Source of the DNA: TPA_inf: Saccharomyces
Taxonomy: Eukaryota
Assembly: GCA_000146045.2 (NCBI GenBank)
Contig: BK006941.2
Location: forward strand, 704,001 to 768,000
Direction: 5' to 3'
Length of the DNA: 64,000 bases
Positions within the stretch are counted from its first letter, which is position 1. Every line of letters begins with the position of its first letter. The notes under the pieces are model-generated. The model saw only the letters and a list, made by a program, of their open reading frames with translations. It had not been told where the DNA came from and made no database searches. Positions 1-9,708 of this stretch are shown one piece after another. The position numbers and the translations under genes were made by a program.

Positions 1-1051
1 TCATACGAATTCGACTGCCTTGAGCTGTAATCGGTTGATATACTCTGAGAACAAGTCTATTTCCACTCAAATGGAATGGCAGAAAAAAATAATGAGAGAA
101 GATTCCAAAAAAAAAAGGCCAATATCAACTCTTGTAGAGCAGGATGACCAGAAAAAGTTCAAACTCCATGAATTGACTACAGAAGAAGAGGTTCTGGAGG
201 AGTACGAATGGGATGACCTAGATGAAGAAGATTGTGATGATCCCTTAATGGTGAGCGAAGAGGTTAATGATATCTTCGATTATTTGCATCACTTGGAAAT
301 AATCACATTGCCAAATAAGGCGAATCTCTATAAGCATAAAAATATTAAGCAAAACAGAGACATTTTGGTGAACTGGATAATCAAGATTCATAATAAGTTT
401 GGCCTTCTGCCGGAAACTCTATATTTGGCCATAAACATAATGGATAGATTTCTTTGTGAAGAGGTGGTTCAGTTAAATAGATTGCAACTGGTTGGTACAT
501 CATGCCTGTTCATCGCATCTAAGTATGAGGAAATATACTCCCCTAGCATAAAACATTTTGCGTACGAGACAGACGGTGCATGCTCTGTGGAAGATATTAA
601 AGAGGGTGAAAGATTTATATTGGAAAAACTCGATTTTCAAATTAGTTTCGCTAACCCAATGAATTTCTTAAGGAGAATATCAAAAGCGGATGACTATGAT
701 ATCCAGTCTAGGACGTTAGCGAAGTTCCTAATGGAAATATCTATAGTGGACTTCAAGTTCATCGGGATATTACCGTCATTATGTGCCTCAGCGGCAATGT
801 TCCTTTCGAGAAAAATGCTGGGCAAGGGCACCTGGGATGGCAACTTAATCCATTATAGTGGTGGTTACACAAAGGCAAAACTATATCCCGTTTGCCAATT
901 ACTGATGGATTATCTTGTTGGATCTACTATTCACGACGAGTTCTTGAAAAAATATCAATCGAGAAGATTTTTAAAGGCTTCCATAATTTCTATCGAATGG
1001 GCATTGAAGGTAAGGAAAAATGGATATGATATTATGACATTGCATGAGTGA
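1..1051 (+). CDS. CLB1: B-type (G2/M) cyclin, C-terminal ~350 aa; the 5' end lies outside the window. The reading frame is open from position 2 and stops at 1051.
   Basis: The frame is open from the window edge. A cyclin-box region (MDRF..LVGTSCLFIASKYEEIYSPSI..) is present. Gene order CLB1 > < CLB6 followed by Ty3 and tRNA-Cys matches chromosome VII. The paralogue CLB2 could be confused with it, but this genomic context fits CLB1. Confidence 0.8.
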   Translation, partial: HTNSTALSCNRLIYSENKSISTQMEWQKKIMREDSKKKRPISTLVEQDDQKKFKLHELTTEEEVLEEYEWDDLDEEDCDDPLMVSEEVNDIFDYLHHLEIITLPNKANLYKHKNIKQNRDILVNWIIKIHNKFGLLPETLYLAINIMDRFLCEEVVQLNRLQLVGTSCLFIASKYEEIYSPSIKHFAYETDGACSVEDIKEGERFILEKLDFQISFANPMNFLRRISKADDYDIQSRTLAKFLMEISIVDFKFIGILPSLCASAAMFLSRKMLGKGTWDGNLIHYSGGYTKAKLYPVCQLLMDYLVGSTIHDEFLKKYQSRRFLKASIISIEWALKVRKNGYDIMTLHE

Positions 1052-1358
1052 AGGTGCTAGCCTACACAGAAAACCAAAATCTCACTTCCTTACTTTATCA
1101 TCTATTTTATAGAAAAATCAGGCATTCATTATTCATATAACGGTTATCTCATATATATTATCACACGGTATCAGTTTTGTAGGCTGTAATAATTAATTCA
1201 TTTATAAATTTTTTCTCCCATAATTGGAAAATTATCTTTAAAGTGAGGAATAATGCATTTTCTTTCTTTTTTTGAATACATAAAAGAAATAAAGAAGTAT
1301 GTCTATCGATGATATTTAAGATGCAGGGGGTTAGCTGGCTATAATTTTGATCTATGTT

Positions 1359-2501
1359 TCAACGTTTTTGTTTACACCAGTCAAAAACCTTGAAATAAAC
1401 CATGCCATGTTTAGGCTTTTTGTATTTAAGTCTCAAGGAATCTAGATTCGTATCAGGTACAGCAATATCTTCAACTAGTTCACTGATAAAATCCTTAAAC
1501 GCTGGATCTGATTCAATATCAATGCCGCCACTATAATGAATAAAAGTTTCATCCCATTTGGAATTTTCATTTTTAATTTTTCTGGCGATATACATGGACA
1601 TTGCAGCTAAATATGATGGCTTCAGGTGGATGAATTTATTACAACAAATCGAATATTCCATGATGAATTTGGCCATGTTCCTTGTTTCAATGCAGTAATT
1701 GTCAGCTTTTGAAATTCTCCTAATGAAATTTAGGGGGTTTGGTAGAGATATGTTATAACCTAAAGAACTTAGAACGAATAGCTCAGCCTTCCTAATTCCT
1801 TCGACAGTGGCAGCACCGTCAGTCACGTACGCAAAATTTGTTATTTTTGGTAATTTAACTTCTTCAAATTTACAGGCAATGAACAGGCAAGTGATGCATA
1901 GTAGTTGTAATTTATTCAATTTAACAACATTTTGTGATAAAAATCGATCTAGCAGGTTGATCGCTAAAAATAATGTTTCAGGTAAGCAGTGAAATTTCTC
2001 ATGAACTTCAACCAACCAGTCAATTAACAGCGCCCTCATGGAGCTTTTCAAATGATAGGGAGATTGCGTGTCCATTAAATAGTTATGTGTCGGTAGCATT
2101 TGGATTTCCTTCTCGTAAAGATGAGAAAATATAGAATCTGTATATTCTGCTACCATGAATGGATCATCCATCTCTATCGAATCCAAATTTTTCCATTGAT
2201 GACATTTTATTTTTTTCACAGTTTTTGGCTCTATAGGATCGGTTGAATCATTTGATAATTGTCTCTTTCTTGTTTTTTCCAAATGGGTGGAATCTCTTTG
2301 CAATTTACCTCGAGGGAGTTGTAAAGAATCGATTTTGTTACTGTTTACCTCGGATAGAACTTTTTTTTCATTCGTAGAGTGAGGTGTCAAGTTAATTGAA
2401 CTTTCTCTTGGAATGGTATGGAAAGCATTTTCCTTGCCTATACAATCTTCATTATTAATTTGGATTTTCCTTTCACTAATTGGACTAGGGATACAATTCA
2501 T
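1359..2501 (-). CDS. CLB6: B-type S-phase cyclin, 380 aa
   Basis: Complete ATG-to-stop ORF of 380 aa with a cyclin box (MRALLIDWLVEVHEKF..QLLCITCLFIACKFEE). It is convergent with the upstream cyclin, and the 380-aa length matches CLB6. Confidence 0.85.
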   Translation of the reverse strand: MNCIPSPISERKIQINNEDCIGKENAFHTIPRESSINLTPHSTNEKKVLSEVNSNKIDSLQLPRGKLQRDSTHLEKTRKRQLSNDSTDPIEPKTVKKIKCHQWKNLDSIEMDDPFMVAEYTDSIFSHLYEKEIQMLPTHNYLMDTQSPYHLKSSMRALLIDWLVEVHEKFHCLPETLFLAINLLDRFLSQNVVKLNKLQLLCITCLFIACKFEEVKLPKITNFAYVTDGAATVEGIRKAELFVLSSLGYNISLPNPLNFIRRISKADNYCIETRNMAKFIMEYSICCNKFIHLKPSYLAAMSMYIARKIKNENSKWDETFIHYSGGIDIESDPAFKDFISELVEDIAVPDTNLDSLRLKYKKPKHGMVYFKVFDWCKQKR

Positions 2502-2861
2502 TTTAAAAATTTAAAAGGAGGGAGAGAATATCAGAGAATAATAATTTTCAACACACTGATTTGTATGTTGTATGAACGCTAGATTAGTGAAGCTTGTTAT
2601 TATTTAATAAAAGATAAAAGTCACTTGTATGAAATGAAGCAGTTATATATATGTTAATAAGAAAAAGGCAAAAACTTAACCCTAGCAAAAAAGGTAATCA
2701 ATGTGCTAAAACGGTAAATATTTAAACGCAGGTTGCGAATTGCCAATTGCCAATTGTAGGATACACAGGGAGAGTAGAAACAACCAAGTCCTGTGTCCTG
2801 TGGTAGACCCACTTGTTTTACCGCAGAGGGCCCTTTTTTTGTTTACCGTCGCAAAAAAAAA

Positions 2862-2939
2862 ACGCGAAGAATACGCGTTGGTCGTTAAATTTTGTGGTAC
2901 GCGTAAAACTGCTATTTGGTATCCTCTTTAGGGACGCGC
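2862..2939. promoter_or_regulatory. Cluster of MluI cell-cycle box (MCB, ACGCGN) motifs 360-440 bp upstream of the CLB6 ATG
   Basis: ACGCGA at 2862-2867, ACGCGT at 2873-2878, ACGCGT at 2899-2904 and ACGCGC at 2934-2939 are read directly. MBF/SBF binds MCB elements at G1/S genes such as CLB5 and CLB6. Confidence 0.6.
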
Positions 2940-3107
2940 CCATTGTCTATACGGTAATATAGGGCTTTCTTCATTACCTGCTTGCGTCAATTAGCTTTAC
3001 TCATGTAACACATAATAACCTCTTACATTGTAATGAGGCCCAAAAAAAAAAAAAGAACATCTTCAAAAAAAAAAAACTTTCATGGAAGGACCACCTAGTT
3101 AATAAAA

Positions 3108-3179
3108 AGCTCGCACTCAGGATCGAACTAAGGACCAACAGATTTGCAATCTGCTGCGCTACCACTGCGCCATACGAGC
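3108..3179 (-). tRNA. tC(GCA)G: tRNA-Cys (anticodon GCA), 72 nt, no intron
   Basis: The reverse complement reads GCTCGTATGGCGCAGTGGTAGCGCAGCAGATTGCAAATCTGTTGGTCCTTAGTTCGATCCTGAGTGCGAGCT. Cloverleaf elements and the internal A box (TGGCGCAGTGG) and B box (GTTCGATCC) are recognisable. A T5 run follows the 3' end on the minus strand and would act as the Pol III terminator. Confidence 0.9.
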
Positions 3180-3189
3180 TTGATTTTCT

Positions 3190-3194
3190 GAAAG
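3190..3194. repeat. 5-bp target-site duplication GAAAG flanking Ty3; the second copy is at 8546-8550
   Basis: GAAAG lies immediately 5' of the left LTR and again immediately 3' of the right LTR. Ty3 integrase generates 5-bp duplications at Pol III transcription start sites. Confidence 0.9.
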
Positions 3195-3534
3195 TGTTGT
3201 ATCTCAAAATGAGATATGTCAGTATGACAATACGTCACCCTGAACGTTCATAAAACACATATGAAACAACCTTATAACAAAACGAACAACATGAGACAAA
3301 ACCCGACCTTCCCTAGCTGAACTACCCAAAGTATAAATGCCTGAACAATTAGTTTAGATCCGAGATTCCGCGCTTCCACCACTTAGTATGATTCATATTT
3401 TATATAATATATAAGATAAGTAACATTCCGTGAATTAATCTGATAAACTGTTTTGACAACTGGTTACTTCCCTAAGACTGTTTATATTAGGATTGTCAAG
3501 ACACTCCGGTATTACTCGAGCCCGTAATACAACA
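3195..3534 (+). repeat. Ty3 5' LTR (sigma element), 340 bp
   Basis: By eye it is identical to the 3' LTR copy. The termini are TGTTG...CAACA, and a TATA-like TATAAATG lies inside. Confidence 0.95.
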
Positions 3535-3609
3535 CCTGGTAGCGTTAAAGGTTACTAATTGTTCAAACGAACCATCGAAAAGCCGAACCTAGCTACACCA
3601 CACCCCAGT

Positions 3610-4482
3610 ATGAGCTTTATGGATCAAATCCCAGGAGGAGGAAATTATCCAAAACTCCCAGTAGAATGCCTTCCTAACTTCCCGATCCAACCATCTTTGA
3701 CCTTCAGAGGTAGAAATGACTCGCATAAACTGAAAAACTTTATCTCCGAAATAATGTTAAACATGTCTATGATATCTTGGCCGAATGATGCCAGTCGTAT
3801 TGTGTACTGCAGAAGACATTTATTAAACCCCGCTGCTCAGTGGGCTAATGACTTTGTACAAGAACAAGGTATACTTGAAATAACATTCGACACATTCATA
3901 CAAGGATTATATCAGCATTTCTATAAGCCACCAGATATCAATAAAATCTTTAATGCAATCACGCAACTTTCCGAAGCTAAACTTGGTATTGAGCGTCTCA
4001 ACCAACGATTCAGAAAGATTTGGGACAGAATGCCACCAGACTTCATGACCGAAAAAGCTGCCATAATGACATATACTAGGCTATTGACAAAGGAAACCTA
4101 TAATATTGTCAGAATGCACAAACCAGAGACATTAAAAGACGCCATGGAAGAGGCTTACCAGACAACTGCACTAACTGAAAGATTCTTCCCAGGATTCGAA
4201 CTTGATGCTGATGGAGACACTATCATCGGTGCCACAACCCACTTACAAGAAGAATACGACTCTGACTATGATTCAGAAGATAATCTGACCCAGAATGGAT
4301 ACGTCCATACCGTAAGGACAAGAAGATCTTACAATAAACCAATGTCAAATCATCGAAACAGGAGAAATAACAACCCATCTAGAGAAGAATGTATAAAAAA
4401 TCGGCTATGCTTCTATTGTAAGAAAGAGGGACATCGCCTGAACGAATGTAGAGCACGTAAGGCGAGTTCTAACCGATCTTGA
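3610..4482 (+). CDS. GAG3: Ty3 Gag (capsid/nucleocapsid), 290 aa, with a CCHC zinc knuckle near the C-terminus
   Basis: ORF from the ATG at 3610 (MSFMDQIPGG...) to the stop at 4482. A CX2CX4HX4C motif (CFYCKKEGHRLNEC) is present. The ORF track begins 17 codons upstream, also at an in-frame ATG; I chose 3610 to match the 290-aa Gag3 I recall starting MSFMDQ. Confidence 0.9.
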   Translation: MSFMDQIPGGGNYPKLPVECLPNFPIQPSLTFRGRNDSHKLKNFISEIMLNMSMISWPNDASRIVYCRRHLLNPAAQWANDFVQEQGILEITFDTFIQGLYQHFYKPPDINKIFNAITQLSEAKLGIERLNQRFRKIWDRMPPDFMTEKAAIMTYTRLLTKETYNIVRMHKPETLKDAMEEAYQTTALTERFFPGFELDADGDTIIGATTHLQEEYDSDYDSEDNLTQNGYVHTVRTRRSYNKPMSNHRNRRNNNPSREECIKNRLCFYCKKEGHRLNECRARKASSNRS

Positions 4483-7400
4483 ACTCGAATCAAAAGACCA
4501 ACAAACTCCTTTTATCAAAACCTTACCAATTGTACACTATATCGCCATCCCCGAGATGGACAATACCGCCGAAAAAACCATAAAAATACAAAACACGAAA
4601 GTAAAAACCCTGTTTGACAGTGGATCACCCACGTCATTTATCCGAAGAGATATTGTAGAACTTCTCAAATACGAAATCTACGAGACCCCTCCACTCCGTT
4701 TTAGAGGATTCGTAGCCACCAAATCCGCCGTTACATCCGAAGCAGTCACCATTGACCTCAAAATCAATGACCTGCATATAACTTTAGCCGCGTACATACT
4801 GGATAACATGGACTACCAATTGTTAATTGGAAATCCAATCTTACGCCGCTACCCGAAAATCCTGCACACAGTACTGAATACCAGAGAGAGCCCCGACTCC
4901 TTAAAGCCCAAGACTTATCGCTCCGAAACCGTTAATAACGTTAGAACCTACTCCGCTGGTAATCGTGGTAACCCCAGAAACATAAAACTGTCTTTTGCCC
5001 CCACCATTCTCGAAGCAACTGACCCGAAATCCGCTGGTAATCGTGGTGACTCCAGAACCAAAACCCTGTCTCTTGCAACCACTACTCCTGCAGCAATTGA
5101 CCCGCTTACGACCCTTGATAACCCAGGTAGTACTCAAAGTACATTTGCGCAATTCCCGATACCTGAAGAAGCGAGCATCCTAGAAGAGGATGGAAAATAC
5201 TCCAACGTTGTCTCAACCATTCAGAGTGTAGAACCTAATGCTACTGATCACAGCAATAAGGACACCTTTTGCACTTTGCCAGTTTGGTTACAACAGAAGT
5301 ATAGAGAGATCATACGTAATGATCTCCCACCAAGACCTGCCGACATTAATAACATCCCCGTAAAACATGATATTGAAATTAAACCTGGCGCAAGACTACC
5401 TCGACTACAGCCATACCATGTTACAGAAAAGAACGAACAAGAAATCAACAAAATAGTTCAAAAACTGCTCGATAACAAGTTCATTGTTCCCTCAAAGTCG
5501 CCTTGCAGCTCCCCTGTAGTCCTCGTCCCGAAGAAAGACGGTACCTTCCGACTCTGCGTCGATTACCGCACCCTGAACAAAGCTACCATCTCCGACCCAT
5601 TCCCATTACCCAGAATCGACAACCTATTGAGCCGTATTGGAAATGCCCAGATATTTACCACGCTAGATTTGCATAGTGGTTACCACCAGATCCCGATGGA
5701 ACCCAAAGACCGCTACAAAACCGCCTTTGTCACACCATCCGGTAAGTATGAATATACCGTCATGCCATTTGGCTTAGTCAATGCACCTAGTACATTCGCA
5801 AGATACATGGCTGATACATTTAGAGACCTGAGATTCGTCAATGTTTACCTTGATGATATATTAATATTCTCCGAATCTCCAGAAGAACATTGGAAACATT
5901 TAGACACGGTACTAGAAAGATTAAAGAACGAGAACCTCATTGTTAAGAAGAAAAAATGTAAATTTGCATCTGAAGAAACTGAGTTTTTAGGCTATAGTAT
6001 TGGAATCCAGAAAATAGCTCCACTACAGCACAAATGTGCAGCAATCCGAGACTTTCCGACGCCTAAAACAGTAAAACAAGCACAGAGATTTTTAGGAATG
6101 ATTAATTACTACAGACGATTCATTCCAAATTGCTCCAAGATTGCACAGCCAATCCAACTGTTTATTTGTGACAAAAGTCAATGGACAGAAAAACAAGACA
6201 AGGCAATTGATAAACTAAAAGACGCCTTGTGTAACTCCCCCGTCCTAGTACCATTCAACAACAAAGCAAACTACCGACTTACAACAGACGCCTCAAAAGA
6301 CGGCATTGGTGCTGTTCTAGAAGAAGTCGACAACAAGAACAAACTTGTTGGTGTCGTCGGTTACTTCTCTAAATCCTTAGAGAGTGCCCAGAAAAACTAT
6401 CCTGCTGGCGAATTAGAACTACTTGGAATTATCAAAGCACTCCACCACTTCCGATATATGCTTCACGGAAAGCATTTCACGTTAAGAACAGACCACATTA
6501 GTTTGTTATCATTACAAAACAAGAACGAACCCGCACGACGCGTGCAACGCTGGTTAGATGACCTAGCCACATATGACTTCACCTTAGAATACCTAGCTGG
6601 ACCCAAGAACGTTGTCGCAGATGCCATATCCCGTGCCGTATATACTATAACCCCCGAAACATCCCGACCTATCGACACAGAAAGCTGGAAATCTTACTAC
6701 AAATCAGACCCATTATGTAGTGCTGTCTTAATTCATATGAAAGAATTGACACAACACAACGTCACACCTGAAGATATGTCAGCCTTCCGTAGTTACCAGA
6801 AGAAACTCGAACTATCAGAGACCTTCCGAAAGAATTATTCCCTAGAAGACGAAATGATCTATTACCAAGACCGACTAGTAGTACCAATAAAACAACAGAA
6901 CGCAGTTATGAGACTATATCATGACCATACCTTATTTGGAGGACATTTTGGTGTAACAGTGACCCTTGCGAAAATCAGCCCAATTTACTATTGGCCAAAA
7001 TTACAACATTCGATCATACAATACATCAGGACCTGCGTACAATGTCAACTAATAAAATCACACCGACCACGCTTACATGGACTATTACAACCACTCCCTA
7101 TAGCAGAAGGAAGATGGCTTGATATATCAATGGATTTTGTGACAGGATTACCCCCGACATCAAATAACTTGAATATGATCCTCGTCGTAGTTGATCGTTT
7201 TTCGAAACGCGCTCACTTCATAGCTACAAGGAAAACCTTAGACGCAACACAACTAATAGATCTACTCTTTCGATACATTTTTTCATATCATGGTTTTCCC
7301 AGGACAATAACCAGTGATAGAGATGTCCGTATGACCGCCGACAAATATCAAGAACTCACGAAAAGACTAGGAATAAAATCGACAATGTCTTCCGCGAACC

Positions 7401-8254
7401 ACCCCCAAACAGATGGACAATCCGAACGAACGATACAGACATTAAACAGGTTACTAAGAGCCTATGCTTCAACCAATATTCAGAATTGGCATGTATATTT
7501 ACCACAAATCGAATTTGTTTACAATTCTACACCTACTAGAACACTTGGAAAATCACCATTTGAAATTGATTTAGGATATTTACCGAATACCCCTGCTATT
7601 AAGTCAGATGACGAAGTCAACGCAAGAAGTTTTACTGCCGTAGAACTTGCCAAACACCTCAAAGCCCTTACCATCCAAACGAAGGAACAGCTAGAACACG
7701 CTCAAATCGAAATGGAAACTAATAACAATCAAAGACGTAAACCCTTATTGTTAAACATAGGAGATCACGTATTAGTGCATAGAGATGCATACTTCAAGAA
7801 AGGTGCTTATATGAAAGTACAACAAATATACGTCGGACCATTTCGAGTTGTCAAGAAAATAAACGATAACGCCTACGAACTAGATTTAAACTCTCACAAG
7901 AAAAAGCACAGAGTTATTAATGTACAATTCCTGAAAAAGTTTGTATACCGTCCAGACGCGTACCCAAAGAATAAACCAATCAGCTCCACTGAAAGAATTA
8001 AGAGAGCACACGAAGTTACTGCACTCATAGGAATAGATACTACACACAAAACTTACTTATGTCACATGCAAGATGTAGACCCAACACTTTCAGTAGAATA
8101 CTCAGAAGCTGAATTTTGCCAAATTCCCGAAAGAACACGAAGATCAATATTAGCCAACTTTAGACAACTCTACGAAACACAAGACAACCCTGAGAGAGAG
8201 GAAGATGTTGTATCTCAAAATGAGATATGTCAGTATGACAATACGTCACCCTGA
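3610..8254 (+). CDS. POL3: Ty3 Gag-Pol polyprotein made by programmed +1 ribosomal frameshifting. It joins 3610-4468 in frame 1 to 4470-8254 in frame 2. Pol carries aspartic protease (DSGS at about 4616), RT (YLDD), RNase H and integrase (HHCC and DDE).
   Basis: The POL3 frame is open for about 3.7 kb and overlaps the GAG3 3' end by 38 nt. The Ty3 frameshift heptamer GCG AGU U lies at 4462-4468, just before the GAG3 stop. Motifs seen in the translation include LFDSGSPTSF, VYLDDILIFS, an integrase zinc finger and a DDE-type core. Confidence 0.9.
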
Positions 8255-8545
8255 ACGTTCATAAAACACATATGAAACAACCTTATAACAAAACGAACAA
8301 CATGAGACAAAACCCGACCTTCCCTAGCTGAACTACCCAAAGTATAAATGCCTGAACAATTAGTTTAGATCCGAGATTCCGCGCTTCCACCACTTAGTAT
8401 GATTCATATTTTATATAATATATAAGATAAGTAACATTCCGTGAATTAATCTGATAAACTGTTTTGACAACTGGTTACTTCCCTAAGACTGTTTATATTA
8501 GGATTGTCAAGACACTCCGGTATTACTCGAGCCCGTAATACAACA
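8206..8545 (+). repeat. Ty3 3' LTR (sigma element), 340 bp
   Basis: Identical to the copy at 3195-3534 and preceded by the polypurine tract. Confidence 0.95.
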
Positions 8546-9039
8546 GAAAGTTCCATTTTGGATGCTCTATTTATGGGAATATGACTATACGAATGTCACC
8601 CACGATGGCCGGAGTAGCTGTGATGAGCATCTTTTTGTCCTGGGCGGCTTAAAACGTGAGCAAAATTGTACTGTAAATTACTTACGTTATCAATGGAAGT
8701 GTGTGAATTTCGTGATAAAATTATTGTCAGAATAGTGACTTCATTATTCTTTATAACTAACCATTAGGATCATATAAGTAATCAGATGCAGTTCGTCATT
8801 AATATGTCAGGATGGATAACCATAGGTAAGCACGTGATTATGGAAGGACAGTAAAGTTACCGATCTACTTTTTTGAATGATCAACTTGGTGTTTTCATCT
8901 ATAAGGATATGGGTCGTTACATTGAAACTATAGTAAAAGATCTCGTTATTGGTATATCGGTCATAATGAAGATGAAATAGTCGGTATGTATTTTTATACC
9001 CCCCCCTATATGGTAAAAAGGTTAAGATTCATATTTAAA

Positions 9040-9384
9040 TCTTCATTAATACCACCTCTAATTTCTAATTACCAACATTTTTAACTCCACTTTTATTATA
9101 TGCTATATACAACATTATGTAAAAGGAGTATACCAAAAATTCTCCTTCATAATATAGGAATTCACAAAATGGAACCGATATCTCCGCATAATGCTATTAT
9201 CATTTCTTACTCGTTTTATACATTGTCATTCATTATCTTATTGCATTTGCAATCCTTGTTTTCCGGCTTCTGTGAAATTTGACGACTGATTCTCAATTTT
9301 ATGTCATCTTTTTACACTTATATATGACAATATACTAGTAGTATGAAGACTAATCAACGGAGGTTATTTGATTTCTATTCTAAC
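9040..9384 (-). repeat. Degenerate delta-type (Ty1/Ty2 family) solo LTR remnant on the minus strand
   Basis: The reverse complement resembles delta termini: ...GTTAGAATAGAAATCAAATAACC... at 9371-9384, and an internal ...GAATTCCTATATTATGAAGGAGAATTTTTGG... that matches the conserved delta core GATTCCTATATCCTCGAGGAGAAC. Boundaries are approximate. Confidence 0.5.
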
Positions 9385-9708
9385 TTATTTGAACATATAT
9401 AATTTGTAAATTTTATGCAGATTAGACTTGGGAGTTATCACAACATTTTGTCAGTGTTTAGCCTCTTTCACCTTTGCCTTTTTCAGCCTTTTTTGTGTAA
9501 ATTGATGGTGTAGTTTGTTTCTGAAAGGGCTCTTTTTATTTTTTTCGCTTCCGCCGTTCGTTATTGGATAATCCCCGAAATATGCTAGAGTGGCTGATAC
9601 ATTATAGAACATAAAAGTGAGCTGCAATGAGCACTCAAGCACGTTATTGACAAGGATAACGGAAAGGTACACTAATACTTATACTGATTAATAAGGGTTA
9701 GCCTTTTA

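Larger units (their letters stand above)
3195..8545 (+). mobile_element. YGRWTy3-1: Full-length Ty3 (gypsy/Metaviridae) LTR retrotransposon, 5351 bp, with both ORFs intact; inserted 16 bp upstream of the mature 5' end of tRNA-Cys
   Basis: Two identical 340-bp sigma LTRs (TGTTGTATCTC...CGTAATACAACA) lie at 3195-3534 and 8206-8545. A primer-binding site TGGTAGCG complementary to the 3' end of initiator tRNA-Met follows the 5' LTR at 3537-3544. The polypurine tract GAGAGAGAGGAAGA sits at 8192-8205. Internal GAG3 and POL3 ORFs carry protease DSG, RT YLDD, RNase H and integrase regions. Confidence 0.95.

Noticed and set aside
4901-5451. Short ORFs on both strands inside POL3 (4901-5152 minus, 4995-5183 plus, 5248-5451 minus)
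   Set aside because: They are embedded in and overlapped by the 1232-codon POL3 frame. They are artefacts of the internal 78-bp repeat and base composition.
8551-9040. Unexplained ~490-bp block between the Ty3 TSD and the antisense delta remnant
   Set aside because: I suspect another Ty fragment but could not recognise LTR termini or internal Ty protein sequence by eye, so I left it unannotated.
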